Shown one piece after another: positions 29,069 to 44,470 of a DNA stretch of 64,000 bases; the stretch's first letter is position 1; every line of letters starts with the position of its first letter. The stretch is taken from the NCBI GenBank assembly GCA_964016885.1, contig OZ024758.1:10230001-10294000 (forward strand). The letters are read 5' to 3'. The translations under genes and the position numbers were made by a program. The notes under the pieces were generated by a model that was not told the DNA's origin, ran no database searches, and saw only the letters and a program-made list of their open reading frames with translations. This DNA comes from Eledone cirrhosa (taxonomy: Eukaryota).

Positions 29069-29576
29069 TGAATCTCTGCCTGACAATTATTAAGGGAACG
29101 CTGAGTCAACATAGAAGCTGTTGCGTTGATCGAACAACTGGAATATTCATCGTCGAAACCGACTGAAGTCCATACTTTCCATGCCTCAAGTGTTATTCGA
29201 GTATTTTCGTATCAGGTTCAAAATTTCTGTCGTTGACAGAATAAACGTGTGTTGTTCGTAGACATTTTGGTGCCGAAAATACCGCACTTGTCTGTCTAAC
29301 GTTTGTAGCTAGCAGCATCTACAACATTCTAAATGAAAGAAAACCTAAGCTAAAGCTATTCAGGAAGTTATTCAGAAATTTATTGAGCTCCATACTGTTA
29401 TAACAGGAGCAAATATATCTTAAATGTTTGAAAAGGATGGGGGGGGGGGGGGGGATAGAGCGCCACCATATCACACACACACATATATATGTATGCATAT
29501 ATATACATATATATATATACATATATACATATATGAGCGTGTGTGTGTGTATATGTATACACAAGCATATACATAA

Positions 29577-29648
<72 letters not shown>

Positions 29649-30618
29649 TACACATATACGTATATTTTAGCTGTTTCGAAAGATTAGTGGTTTTCAAAGA
29701 GAAGACAACGTATGAAATAAATCACTCAAACGCCGTCTTTAGTTGCTCCACAGAGAAAATGAAGCCAGCATTAGTTAAGCAGTTTTGTTTGATTTATAGA
29801 ATCGCTGATATAATTAACTGGTCGTTATAATCAACTATCTCCCCCACACCACCTTATAATATCCTAGCGTAATTCAGTAGGGGATTATAGTTTAGCAAAG
29901 AAATCTAGCAATCCATCACAGTCTGTTATACGTGGGTAGTATTGTATGATGATTATTATGGCACCTTTAAGGGCAGTGGAATGGCAGAATTGTGTGTCGG
30001 ACAAAATACTTTGCAGCATTTAGTTACTGCCCTTTACGTTCTGATTTCAAATTTTCCGAGGTCAACTTTGCCTTTCATCCTTCCGGTATCGATAAAATAA
30101 AGTACCAGTCAATTATTGGAGTGGATATAATCGACACACGCCTTCCTCTAAATTGCTGGACTTGTGCAAATGTTAGAAATACATGTTATGGCAGCCGTTC
30201 AGTACATTCATGATGGGGGGTGGCCTAGTGGTTATGGCGTTGGACTTACGATTGCAATGTGCCAGTTTCGATCCCTTGTGTTCTTGTAAACACATCATTT
30301 TACGTTACTTCAGAAAACTCAGCTGAAAAGTAGCACCAGCATTAGCTGCGGGATAACTCTGCGATGGATTTGTGCTCTGCCTTTTACTCTCAGTTGCTCA
30401 ATATCCGCCTTTAAAGGATTTAACCAATCATATCAATCTTAGTAGTATTTTTTTCAAGTCTAGCACTTATTTTTTCGATCTTTATTTTTTAAATAGCTTA
30501 ATACACGTAACCAACAACCCAACCATACACAAGACGGTCTCCTGCACAGTTTCCGCCTGCAAAATTCTACAATCAGGGCGTAAATACTTCCAAACTATTA
30601 AAAGATTGGCAAACATTA

Positions 30619-30930
<312 letters not shown>

Positions 30931-31488
30931 TTAGGCTTTTCGGGTGTTTTGAAATCTAGGGTCCCCAGTCTTCCTAACAAAAAAAACAAAAAACAAAAAA
31001 CAAAAAAATAAGGCACCACCCGTTTCAGGAATCAACCTACGACCTTATGATTGTGAGTCGAACAAATTAAAAACTAAGCTACACGCCTTCACTTCTGAGT
31101 AAAAGGAATAAAAAAAGATACCTTAGAATAGTAGTTGTTTGAATAAAAACAAGAACATCCTAATAGAGCTATGTTAGTTATTTAAAATACACATCTGTAT
31201 GTTGAACCTCCGTCGCTTCCGAAGAGCAGCGCTCCAGTTATTCGATTAACGGAACAGCCAGCTCATGAAATTAACGGGCAACTGGCTGATTCAGCATTTC
31301 ACAGATATGTATATACTTAACGTAGTTCTCAGGGAGATTCAGTGTGACAATATGTGGCAACGCTGGACCTTTAAAATACAGGTACAACTCGTGTTTCTTT
31401 GTTTTTATTCACTGAGAGGATTGGAGCAATGAAATATAAAGTGTGTTACTTAAAGACAACGTACTGCCAGTAATAGAACTGACTGCGC

Positions 31489-31520
<32 letters not shown>

Positions 31521-32781
31521 GTATGTGTGCGCGCGCGCGTGTGTGTGTATGTGTGTGTCTGTTTATGTGTGTGTTTGTGTGTGTATGTATGCGTTTGTGC
31601 GCGCCGCTGTTTAAATCTGTTTTACGCTAACAGTGTCGACGTTTTGATGTTTTTTTCCTTATTTCAGATCTGGTTTCTATTCTCAGTGGCAATCGTTTCA
31701 CTTACATGACAATTGTCACTGGGGGAAAATGGGGTTATCTTTCCCTATAAATTTAAGGGCATAGCGCTTACGTATAAATGGAATCAATTACATTATTGCT
31801 TCTTCTCTATAAATTTAAGGGCATCACACTTACGTATAAATGAGATCAATTACATTATTGCTTCTTGTATGCCCCCACCCGCTCTAAACAAGTAAATAAA
31901 TAAAGTTTCAAGTACCTGCAGATTATCTTTGAAATACCTGAATGGGCGAAGAGGATTGGCGAAGCATTAATTAGGAGGAACATTTTCATATCAGAAAACA
32001 AACAATGGAGCCAGGTAGAGATTTCCACTACATAAGGAACTACAGTCGCTCCGGTTTCATTGCAAGAACCTAATATTTAAAAGTCTTAAAACGCACACAA
32101 AGGATGTGTATCTAGATATTTTAACATTACGGAACAACATCTTAACCATTTTTCCAATGATGTGTCCACAGTCCCTACATAACCATTTTGACGATGTCCA
32201 TTCACCTTGTATGACTACATGATTTTAAATAGCAGCCAATGAGTGGTGTCTCTACTTAAGGCATATAATCATCCTTGGCATGCTGGTTGATGTCTTTTCA
32301 TTGCCCTTCAGTCGCGAATAATCTTTTTTCTATTCTAATATAATTGTTTCTACTTTTGGCACAAGGCCAGCAATTATCCCAGTGTATTACTGGTACTTTA
32401 TTTTATCGACCCCGTATGGATGAAAGGCAAAGTTAACCTCGGCGGCTGCAAAGCATGGCGTCCGACTCTCTATCGATACAGCCAATCATATAATGTCTTG
32501 TAGTAGTACCTATATTATGTTCTTTGGCAAAGTTATAAACTTGAAATTTCTTTCATACTTCCTTCTTTTAATTTTGGTTAGGGCATAAAGGGTTCTTGTG
32601 ATAGCTGCATACTAATAATATTAACTATTAACAAAATGCGAGTTAAGATGGAGAGTTGAAAGGAACACGTCCTATAAATTGCCTAGTACCCCCGACTCTA
32701 TATTTTCAGTCCATATCTGACCTAGGTCATATTTTCTTTCCGTTCTTTCGAGGTTGATAAATGAAAGAACGTTCTGTGGCG

Positions 32782-32936
<155 letters not shown>

Positions 32937-32956
32937 GATATAGATATATATATATA

Positions 32957-33153
32957 ACGAAGGAAATGTGGTAAGGAACCAGGTGGACCATAACGCACCA
33001 AAGTACTCAATACTTAGGGTAGTAGAGTGGGTAATAGGAACGAGTAGGACCCCGACGGCTGAGCTCAAGCCGTTTCGACGGCTAATTCTGGACTCAGAGT
33101 TCAGAATTAGCCGTCGAAACGGCTTGAGCGCAGCCGTCGGGCCCCTACTCGTT

Positions 33154-33155
<2 letters not shown>
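32957..33155. mobile_element. Family A (TA)n-embedded fold-back element
   Basis: Near-identical to 15311-15502, with its own inverted arm, between (TA)n tracts. Confidence 0.75.
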
Positions 33156-33189
<34 letters not shown>

Positions 33190-33430
33190 GTATTTGGTTG
33201 GTTGCAACTAAATAAACTGTAACTCTTTAGTTTCCGTAAATACATACCTAAGCAGACGACACCCAAAGTTGCCAGCTAACAAAGCGTGAAGTCACGGAAA
33301 CTCAAAAGTTACGGCTTATAGTTTCAGCCTAGTGAATTAATTATACTTTATTACTTATGGTGTATATATTTTCTTCCGTTCGTTACTACTGACACAGACA
33401 CACACGAACACACACATATCTGAATAGACA

Positions 33431-33502
<72 letters not shown>

Positions 33503-33934
33503 GTGAATCGGAACATTTGTTGTACGTACTAATATAGCTAGCTGACTGGTGAAAAGGATCACGAATCTCGGGTTGCAGGAAATAATGTAATATACCCAGT
33601 TGATTAAACTCTGGCATTCTAAGTGAGGGAAGGGTTTTAGAAATTGGGAAGCGTGATCGAGTGGCAGAAATTATGCAGCGATGAGCGCATTTCTCTAGAG
33701 CAATTTCATTTCGTCCTTCAAAGTAAAATAAAGTGACTTGCTCAAGGACACAATGCACCGCTCAGCACGGGAATCGAACTATCGACCTTATCATCGTGAG
33801 TCCAACGTCGTACGTACTAGGTTTTCATATCAACTAAACCATAAAAGAAACCTCACTGCTCTACAGACGGTTTATTGTGCCGCTTTTAGAATGACCCCCC
33901 CCCGCCGCCACGCCACCTTTGTTGATGTATAAAC

Positions 33935-34147
33935 CTACATACTAGCTACACTCAAGTCTACATACTAGCTACACTCAAGTCTACATACTAGCTACACTCA
34001 AGTCTACATACTAGCTACACTCTAGTCTACATACTAGCTACACTCTAGTCTACATACTAGCTACACTCAAGTCGACATACTAACTACACTCAAGTCGACA
34101 TACTAACTACACTCAAGTCTACATACTAGCTACACTCAAATCTACAT
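33935..34147. repeat. 23-bp minisatellite (~9 copies)
   Basis: Unit ctacatactagctacactcaagt. Confidence 0.95.
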
Positions 34148-34789
34148 GGTTCAGCTACCACTTGTTCTAGTTTGTTCCACCTACCAAACTCCAAAGTAGT
34201 AAAGTCAAGTGCTAACACATTTAACGTGACAAGGACGATAACATTCAGGAAAAAGGGGCCGACCATCAGATCAGATTTAGGACACTGTTTCCATTAGTTT
34301 TTGTCATTGCCAAGCCAATCGGCCGGTCGCAACTACTGACAGAAGGAGCAACATTAATTGTAGTTTCATACTCTAGAACATAACATGGTACAGGAATCGA
34401 ACCTACTACCTTATGATCAGGGGTTCAACACCCAAACAATCAGGCTACGGGACTTCACTAAGTATTTAAAATAAAAACGGCATTTTGAGACAAAAAATAT
34501 AAAATAAGAGAAAATAGTGAAGACATTTTTATAAAAAAGTTCTCCCAAATTTCACAAACAAAAGATTCCTTCGTTGAAATTCTTTAGAAGTCTCGTCTAC
34601 TCCGGCGTTTTAGTTTGTACATGTTGAGATCTGTGCGAGATAGTTTCAACGAAGTAATCTAGTTGAGAGAAATTTCGCTGTAGAGCTTCAATCTATGATC
34701 GTAACAAACTAAACTAGCTTTGATATCTAGTTAAGATAACATTCTGACGTAAAATGTTGAATAGTAAAGCACAAATATAGGTACACATA

Positions 34790-34851
<62 letters not shown>

Positions 34852-35532
34852 TACATTCACATACATACTCCCACACATGCATACGCAAACACGCACATAC
34901 AAACACATAATACCTACGTATGCAAACACACACAGATACACGCAGATACTACATACCTACACATTATACACACATACGTGCACACATCCAGTAAAACTCG
35001 AATACTGACCCAGTCACATTTGCTTACACATATAAAAATACACATAATCACCCACACATATATTATATATGCACACACTCACACACACACACACATATAT
35101 ATATATATAAATATATATAAAGGAACACACACAGAATCTTTCATAAACAATAACAATCGTAAACACACACATACAGCCAACACAATTATATATAAATGGC
35201 TGCATATTTCCATATACACTTATATCGTTAACAGAATCATAAGTCAGAATCAGTGTGAGACTGTCTATGACCAGGCCGACCATTTTGGATTATATATAGT
35301 CAATCCGGTGAAGTTTCATGCACTTTGCCATACCATGAAGCCCTAATCTCTGATGGTGTCGTAGGGGGTGTCCTCGTGACATATGGTGTGCCATGGATAT
35401 TTTAAACATGACGATACCAATCTCTCTCTCCGGGTCTGACCACAAAGAAAGATGACAAGTAAGACGGTGAGATTTGAACAAAGCATTCTATCCAACAAAC
35501 ACACGCTGAGTCAGCTTGCATAGTATCACAAT

Positions 35533-35572
<40 letters not shown>

Positions 35573-35917
35573 TACAAATTCACACATACATACAAACGCA
35601 CTCATGCACTTGAGCCAGTACGCACATGAAATAACAGCACCAGTTTTTTTTAAGTAAAACTTCCGAATTGAAGAGAAGTGTTCGAATAGTTACACAACAT
35701 TCAAGACATTTTATTTTTTCTGTCTGTATTTCGGAAGTTCGTTATATGAGTAGTCAGCTATTTGTTGTTAGTTCCTGAAAATTCTGATTGTAAAGCAAGA
35801 TTAAATACTAATATATGTATGTACGTATGTATGTATATATGTGTGTATGTATGTATGTATGTATGTATGTATGTATGTATGTATGTATGTATGTATGTAT
35901 GTATGTATGTATGTATG

Positions 35918-36305
35918 TTTATCTCTTTCTCTTAATTTCGAGTATATTTTTGACCGGCCACCTTCCTGGTGGCAAAGTTGTAAAAGAAAAGAAATTGTCA
36001 TCCCTTGAATCGCAAGAACGTTTTGCAAATTTTGAAGGTACCAGCTATCGCAGCCATTTGTAGACTATGAATTAGGGAGCTGCGCTCTTTGTCTACAAAT
36101 CCAAGTTCAGTTATACATTGGTCCAAGCGGGTTGGTATATAACCCGTAGCTCCAATAATGATGGGTATGAAGCTAAAGGTGCATCTTGGATACTGGATTT
36201 GTAAACTCCTCATCAATGGTCCGTAGATGTCCTCCTTCTCCTGTACCTTTCTGGCAATATTTACATCAAGTGGGCAGCTGATCTCCACAACAGAACACGT
36301 TTTCA
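35918..36305 (-). mobile_element. 5'-truncated RLE-type (R4-clade-like) non-LTR retrotransposon 3' end in (CATA)n
   Basis: KTCSVVEISCPLDVNIARKVQEKEDIYGPL...IPIIIGATGYIP...LQMAAIAGTFKICKTFL resembles the RLE endonuclease/C-terminus of R4/Dong/Rex6-type elements. Short 3' UTR, with (CATA)n on both flanks. Confidence 0.75.
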
Positions 36306-36381
36306 ATGTATGTATGTATGTATGTATGTATGTATGTATGTATGTATGTATGTATGTATGTATGTATGTATGTATGTATGT

Positions 36382-36705
36382 ATGATGTTGACTTGTTCTT
36401 CTTTTTGGTAAATATCATCTTGGTTAAGAGAGTGGGACTGGCTTTGTGCAGTGCCTTTGCTCACTATAAAAGCTTCACGGCACAGGCATTGCTTTATATC
36501 TGGAGATCTCTCTGCACTTGTCGTCACATGGTACCATGGGCCCAGCACTATGTGTCAATAATTGTCACAAGTGTAGTGTTCGTACCAGAGTTTTCAAGTC
36601 GTTGGCTGGACTAAAAAGTCACACTCGTTCAGCACATCGGTAGAGGTTCTCCTACATGGATATAAAGTAGTGGCCGTACTCGAAAACGAGTTGGCAGCCA
36701 CCATG
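36382..36705 (+). mobile_element. Same RTE-derived element, 5'-truncated; further fragments at 36863-36936 and 57528-57745
   Basis: Near-identical body flanked by (TATG)n. Confidence 0.65.
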
Positions 36706-37280
36706 TATGTATGTATGTATGTATGTATGTATGTATGTATGTATGTATGTATGTATGTATGTATGTATGTATGTATGTATGCATGTATGCATGTGTGTGT
36801 ATGTATGTATGTATGTATGTATGTATGTATGTATGTATGTATGTATGTATGTATGTATGTATGTTTTCCTTCTCCTAGAATTCTGCCTGATGGTATCCAA
36901 TGATGTTGACTTGTTCTTCTTTTGGTAAATATCATCGCATCCCGCCGAGGTTAACTTTGCCTTTCATCCTTACGGGGTCGATAAAATAAAGTACCAGTAA
37001 TGCACTGGGGGTATTGCTGGCAAATTGTGCCAAAAAAGTAGGAACAATTATTATATAATAATTATAATTAAAATATATCTATCGTGTCAAAATATCCCAA
37101 ATGATATTGATATTGATATTTTAAGTATTCCACATTAGAAATCGATAATTGGAACTTTACTGAAATAAAGATATGAAACTCAAGTCACATGACTTCCTAA
37201 GGATAGCAGCCACAACTTCATCTTCTAATTGTCTTAATATTAACTTTTACTTTCGCTTAACTCATTTCTCATGCACCCTT

Positions 37281-38225
37281 CACCACCACCACCACCACCA
37301 CCACCACCACTACTGCAGCTGCTGCTGTTACTACTACTGCTGCTACTGCTGCTGCTGCATGACTGATTCTTCGTACTTCATCACCTCAAGCGCTATCTGA
37401 AGCAACAGCAACAGAAGTACCACAACCACCACAACCACCACCACCACCACCACCACCACCACCGCAACAACAGAACGCCCCCCCCCCCACTGCCAACAAC
37501 AACAACAACAACGTTACCACCTACAATAACAACGACGATACCACCACCGCAACCACCACCACCTCCACCACCACCACCACCACAAATACCACCTCCACCA
37601 CCCCCACCACCACCACAACTACCACCACAACTACCGCCTCCACCGCCACCATCACCGCCACCACCACAACCGCCACAACCACCACCACAAATACCACCTC
37701 CAGCACTTCCACCACCACCACCACCACCACAACTACCACCACAACTACCACAACCACCTCCACCTCCACCACCACCACCACAACTACCACCACAACTACC
37801 ACAACCGCCTCCACCACCACCACCACCACCACCACCACCACCACAACTACCACCACAACTACCACAACCACCTCCACCTCCACCACCACCACCACCACCA
37901 CCAACACAACCACAACTACCACCACCACCACCACCAATACTACCTCCACCACCACCACCACCACCGCCACCACCACCACCACCGCCGCCCACCCACCACC
38001 ACCACACCCACCACCACCACCACACCCACCACCACCACCACACCCACCCACCACCACCACCGCCACCGCCACACCCACCACCACCACCACCGCCACCACC
38101 ACCACCACCACCACCGCCACACCCACCACCACACCCACCACCACCACCACCACCACCACCACCACCACCACACCCACCACCGCCACCGCCACACCCACCA
38201 CCACCACCACCACCACCACCAACAC
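37281..38225. repeat. Degenerate (CCA)n trinucleotide tract
   Basis: cca/caa/ccg/cta units with internal higher-order duplications. Confidence 0.9.
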
Positions 38226-38582
38226 ACCAAACCAAACCAAACGAGGCTATCTTTTTTTTTTCCTCCTGCCAACTCATTAATTCCTAGTATTTAGTGCTGA
38301 AGTCCGGAAAGGTTGGTATGGCGACACCAAGTCTACATCTTTCCAATGGTGTCGACATAACGAAAGTCTTCGAAATATGAAGGATACTTGCTTTAGTACC
38401 TCATCACCATAACTCCCTGGAACGTTACCACAATCTAGGAAGCATAACTGAACCCCACCCCCACCCCACACTCTATCTTACTTCTACTAACTCTCTCTCT
38501 CTCCTCTCTACCTCACATTTCATCTTACTTTTTAAATGTGTCTCTTCTTCAAATCTCTTTGTTTCTCTTTTCCATTCATAAG

Positions 38583-38646
<64 letters not shown>

Positions 38647-38647
38647 C

Positions 38648-38717
38648 TTTCTTTATTAGCCACAAGGGCGCACAAGACAATACAAAGACTTGTGCGCCCC
38701 TGTGGCTAATAAAGAAA
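38648..38717. mobile_element. Fold-back of the same LINE 3' terminus inside (TCTA)n
   Basis: tttctttattagccacaagggcgcacaag ... cttgtgcgcccctgtggctaataaagaaa. The arm matches the terminus at 63619-63642. Confidence 0.65.
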
Positions 38718-38719
38718 CA

Positions 38720-38774
<55 letters not shown>

Positions 38775-38905
38775 TTATCTATTTCGCTTCATCGCTCCCT
38801 CTCCATTCTTTGATCAATTCCTCTCTATTTGTTTATCTGTCTTTCTGTTTATCTCCCTGTATTTAGCTGTCTGCCTGTCTCATCTCTCTCTCTCTCTCTC
38901 TCTCC

Positions 38906-38963
<58 letters not shown>

Positions 38964-39675
38964 GTAGAGGAGTGTCTATATGGCTGGCAGCCTGTCTGTC
39001 TAGCAATCTGTCTACATATCCCCCCCCCCACACACACTCTCTCTCTCTCACAGTCAATATATCTTGTCTGTCTGTCTCTATCTCTCTAGATAGACTTCTT
39101 TCACTCCCTCGCTCTCTCATTCTCTCACTTTCTCCCTTATGTCAAACCTGTCTAGGTCTCTTCTTATCTTTCAATTATATCTCTTCTATTTCGCATTTGT
39201 TGCTCCCTAATTCACTCCTATATATATATTTTCATCACTCTCCTCATTCTTCGCCACCTCAACAACTCCCTTTCCTGCCCATTTATCTGTCGCGCACTCT
39301 TTCTTAATAATGTGTACTTTTCTCTTTCTTTCTATCTTTCTTTCGTTTTTTTTCTTTTCTATAATCATTCTCTAGGACGATGGATTGGAAGAATCGTTAG
39401 AGCAGCAGACTATAATGCTGTGCAGTATTTTATCTGGCTCTTTTCCGATGTGTTTTAAATCCTGTCGAGGTTATCTTTGTTTTTCATTCTTTGTGGGTTG
39501 ATAAAAAAAATAAAGCACCGGTCGAGTACTGGTGTCGCTTCAATCGAATTTCCCCTCCTCGAGAAAATGACTTGTCTTGTGCCCATTGTTTCTTTCTTTC
39601 TTTCACAAACAAACATAATGGTGCACTAAAACACACACACACACACACGCGCGCGCGCACGCGCGCGCGCACGCG

Positions 39676-39773
<98 letters not shown>

Positions 39774-40442
39774 TACATTCCTATAAACAATTATGTACCT
39801 CTTGTTCTCTTAAACGCTCTCACCTTTCTTAAATCTTTACCTATTCGTCAATTTTCTATTTATTCCCGTTTCAATTACAGAATCCGAACTCAGAAACTAA
39901 ACAGTTGAAACAAATACCTCAAAGCAACCTCAAACCATTTTCTCCGATACGTTACTCATTCTACCAAGCCACAGCCCTAATAATATATAGACAACTAGCA
40001 GAAAACCACCCTACGAGTGGTTTTTCTGCTAGCATGTGTAGTGTGTATATTGATATTATACGCAGGTGTATAATATACATATAGATATGATACATCAAAT
40101 AAAATCGTAATTGATAATATACACAGAAATTGAACGAAGACTGTGTTACACTGTCTTATTTAATCAGTAACGTAATCCGTGATACATTTAAAAAAGACGA
40201 TATTATATATAAACTGCATTAGGAGAAAATTAGTGACGGAAATATATGAATACTTGTTTAAGCGATCGCCACCGGAAGTGTTGACATTTGAAAATTTTAA
40301 AGAAGTGAATCTTTAAATAAATAATAAAATATATTTAATGAACAGCCACGAAATTTACTAGATAAATTATGTAATATTCATTCATTATTTATTCAAAGTA
40401 ATCCAACTTATTTTACTAAGGGGATAACAAATTATAAACCGT

Positions 40443-40749
40443 ACGAGGCTCCCGTACAGATCTGAGTTCTTCATCCTCAGTGTATACTGATTAATGTTCA
40501 GAGCCATCCTCAGCATTCTCGTGTAGCACCCATCCCTCATTTGAGTGAGTTTCTTGGTCAGTGTCCAAATCTCAGACCCGTACAACAGCACAGACTCCAC
40601 TACAGCAACAACAAAAAACAAAAAACGGATCTTCAGGTCTTTACGAAAGTCCGACTTTCACATCTATCTCAAGCTGTGGCAGGCCGCCCAGGCTTTGCTC
40701 TTCCTCTCGACCACATCATCTTCCGTATTCCCAATCTTTGCTCCCAAAT

Positions 40750-40752
<3 letters not shown>
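40443..40752 (-). pseudogene. RTE-type LINE reverse transcriptase C-terminal fragment
   Basis: YLGAKIGNTEDDVVERKSKAWAAC...VESVLLYGSEIWTLTKKLTQMRDGCYTRMLRMALN, with stops; cut by (CA)n. Confidence 0.8.
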
Positions 40753-40826
<74 letters not shown>

Positions 40827-41429
40827 CATAACAAAGGATTGTGGTAAGGAACCATAACGCACCAGAGTACTCAATACTTAGGGTAGTAGAGTAGGAAAAA
40901 GTATGACCCCGACGGCAGAGCTCAAGCCGTTTCGACGGCTATTTCTGGACTAAATTAGAATTTTTAGCCTGGTGAATAAATAGCCGAACTTTTCAAGGGA
41001 GTACTTCCTTATATGGGAAGATTGTAGTTGTCAAGAGGATTGGTTAAAATGTGTTATAAACACAAATAAGTCTATCATGGCATTTGGTGGGAGGTAGGGG
41101 TGCTGAACTTGCCTGTAGAACAATAGGGGAGTGAGTGGAGCGTTCAAGCGTCGGGGTCATACTTTTTCCTATATATATATATGTATGTATATGCATATAT
41201 ATATATATATATGTATATGCGTGTGTGTTTATTGTAGGTTTATAGGTATAAAAGATAGCAAACATTTACTGATGGCGCTATTCTATTTAGCAAAGTCGCA
41301 CTTACTATATTTCAGTTGAAAGGTACTCGAGTTTCGTCGAAGTTAAAGGCTAACTTATCCTTATGTATGTATGTATGTATGTATGTATGTATGTATGTAT
41401 GTATGTATGTATGTATGTATGTATGTATG

Positions 41430-41542
41430 TTAGTTCTTTCTCTTAATTTCGAGTATATTTTTTTGACCAGCCACCGTCCTGGTGACAAGGTTGTAAAAGA
41501 AAAGAAATTGTCATCCCTTGAATCGCAAGAATGTTTTGCAAA
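41430..41542 (-). mobile_element. Same RLE LINE family, short 3' fragment in (CATA)n
   Basis: Same 3' UTR and ORF end, TATG repeats on both sides. Confidence 0.75.
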
Positions 41543-42273
41543 TGTATGTATGTATGCAGGGGCCTCGTTTGCCTTAAAAATGTGAGGGGGATAAACCACC
41601 ATTTGTTGATTCTTAAAAGACCATAAATTGCTTATAGTGCCTTTCTCGGAGTAAAATTTTAGGCTTAATTAAATTTTATATATTCAAATGAAGTTCAGAT
41701 ATAAAAAAATTAAGCTTAAAAAGAATTTATTACATCAAATATACAAAAAAATAAAACATCGACGTTTGAAAAAGTGTGTGTGTGGGAGGAGGGAAGGGGG
41801 GTTGTCCCCCGGTACCCCCCCCCCCCACTGAAACAAAACCCTTGTATGTATATATGTATGTTCTAATTATTATGATGTACATACATACATACATACAAAG
41901 CGTATTTGTGAATAAAATAAATCATTTGATAATACATATAATTCCTGTGAGAAAGACCATAGTAATACATAGAAGCCTGAAGTACTCCAGCATCGCCGTA
42001 GTCTTGATATCTAAAATAAACTAAGAATTAAACTAAAAACCAGCCCCCCACCCCCTCCACACCTCCCAACTTAATAAAACGTCTTTCTAGTATGGCAACA
42101 TTCTACGTATATCAAATATTTCACACTTCAATTGGCACGGAACTCTTAAAACTTGTTAATACCACTCCAACTTTTTAACATACCCCAGACCTTAAGTATA
42201 ATGTTGACATTTTGATAACCAGGATGATTAAAAACATAGATTCAAAGCTGGAATCACTTAATGAAATAGCATA

Positions 42274-42304
<31 letters not shown>

Positions 42305-43355
42305 CATACATACATACATACATACATACATACATACATACATACATACATACATACATACCTACCGAAATACATACACACATACATACATATAAAAGAA
42401 ATATACAAAGAAAGAAAAGAGAAATGTTTGTAAGAAATATTAATAGTAATGCTAATGTAAGGTAATAATTATCTTGAATAATGGTTTCTTAGATACAAAT
42501 GGCTAAAAATAGCAGTAAAATATAACTATATTTTCAGAGTCAAACTTCAATTTGGCAGTTTTTCTTTTTTATGCGCCATTTGTAAGAATTTCGTTTTTGC
42601 AGAAGTTAACCCTAATTTTCAAGGTGTTTTAGCGGAAGCTTACTCTCGTTTTTACCGTATTCGTGTGGACTTTACCCTAGTACCTAAGGTATTAGTTAGA
42701 GCAGAGACTTCCTTAGAACTGAGCGGAGGTTTACGTTAGGTTTAATGTTTTAAAGTAGAACTTTACCGTAGTAACCAATGTGTTAGAGAAGAGATTTACA
42801 ATCGTACATACATACTTACATATATATACAATAACACTTACATATATTTTGTTTACGTTTGTGTATGTGCTTGTGTTCCATAAAAAAAAAGGTTCGATAA
42901 AATAAGTATTAGGGGCCGATATGATTGACTAATATTCCTTTCATGTCGTACTCCAGCATAGCTACAGTCTAATGACTGAAACCGGTAAAATTAAAAGGAT
43001 AAATGAATAAGCGATTAAACAATTAGTAGCATGCTTAAGAAAGGAAAATAATCCTAATTGACAGGTCAAACACCCATGTAAGATAAAGTACAGACATTTT
43101 TAATTTACTAACATGAGTCGGTGGGACTAAGAATTCAACTATAGGCCATTGACTTCTCTGTCCGTCTGAGTAAAACACTTAACACTGTTGGCCCAAGGCA
43201 TCATGCCCAATTAAGAAATCATCATCATCATCATCATCATCACCATCGTCATCGTCATTATTATTATTATTATTCTTTGAGTCTCAGTCATTGATGTTAT
43301 TTAACTGGAAAGTTTGTTGAAATGAATATCAAGCCGCTACCTGCAGCCTCAGACA

Positions 43356-43421
<66 letters not shown>

Positions 43422-44400
43422 GCAGAACCATTTGAGCATCAGATTAACTGCCACGCGGGATTTGTTCTGGTTCTTTACAATCTCAGGTCAACTTTGACTT
43501 TTTATTCCCTCGGGAGTTGATAAAAATACAAGTGAAAAACTGGAGTCAGTTTAATCAACTTTCCCCTTACTTCAAATTGCTGCTCTTATGCTTAAAATAT
43601 TATTAGAATTGGTGGATTAAATGGCACAAAGCTTTGGATTAAAATGCCATTCAGTATTTGGTTACGGTTCTTAGTGTTCCGAGTTCAAATCCCGCTGAAG
43701 TAGATTTAATCTTTAATTATTACTGTCAGTAACAATATCGACAGCATTTAAGCGGTAAGCACATCACACCATCCAAATTACTCATCTGGCTTTCTATGAG
43801 TGCTTTTAGCAGGGTTCTCTCTGCTGGAAACGTGTGAATCAGCTCCCGATCGGGTTCTAACGTGACTTGATGACGAAAAAACATTCTTTACATGAGCATT
43901 GATGTTAAATGGTTGGAGAAAGGTAATTTAGAATAAGGATAAGAAAGAGTTTCATGATAATTAGATAGGGCTTGAATCAGGTAAGCAAGAGTAAGTCGGG
44001 GCTGAAATGAAGTGAGGTAATAAAAGTGGTACATCATTATCTCCCAGACCCTGCTTTTGTCAATTCAATATTTGATTATGTATTTCTGTATAAATCACGT
44101 GTGTGTTTGGGTGGGGTGTATATGTACACATACACACACCTTATGTATACATGTATGTGTGCGTCTGATTTTACAGCCAAATACGAACCCTCTACACTTT
44201 TGCTCGACTTATTAGAATTTAGTACCAACATTTTCCTCAAATTCCACCATTAAAAATATGAAGGGTACTCTAGGTAAAGTACTTCTAGATATACACAAAA
44301 TGGCAAAATCTCGAGACTGGAATGCCTTAAATAGTAGGCAGGTAGGCTGGTAGACTGACGGATATATATATATATATACATATAAACTAATATCTAATAC

Positions 44401-44435
<35 letters not shown>

Positions 44436-44470
44436 TGTATGTATGTATGTATGTATGTATGTATGTATGT

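Noticed and set aside
37393-38277. 294-aa Gly/Cys-rich ORF resembling a structural protein
   Set aside because: It is a (GGT)n-type tract open in several frames. The register shifts mid-ORF into poly-Trp/Val, and there is no signal peptide or splice support.
41556-41845. Possible MITE (caggggcctcgttt ... aaacaaaacccttg)
   Set aside because: Terminal inverted repeats are too degenerate and there is no second copy in the window.
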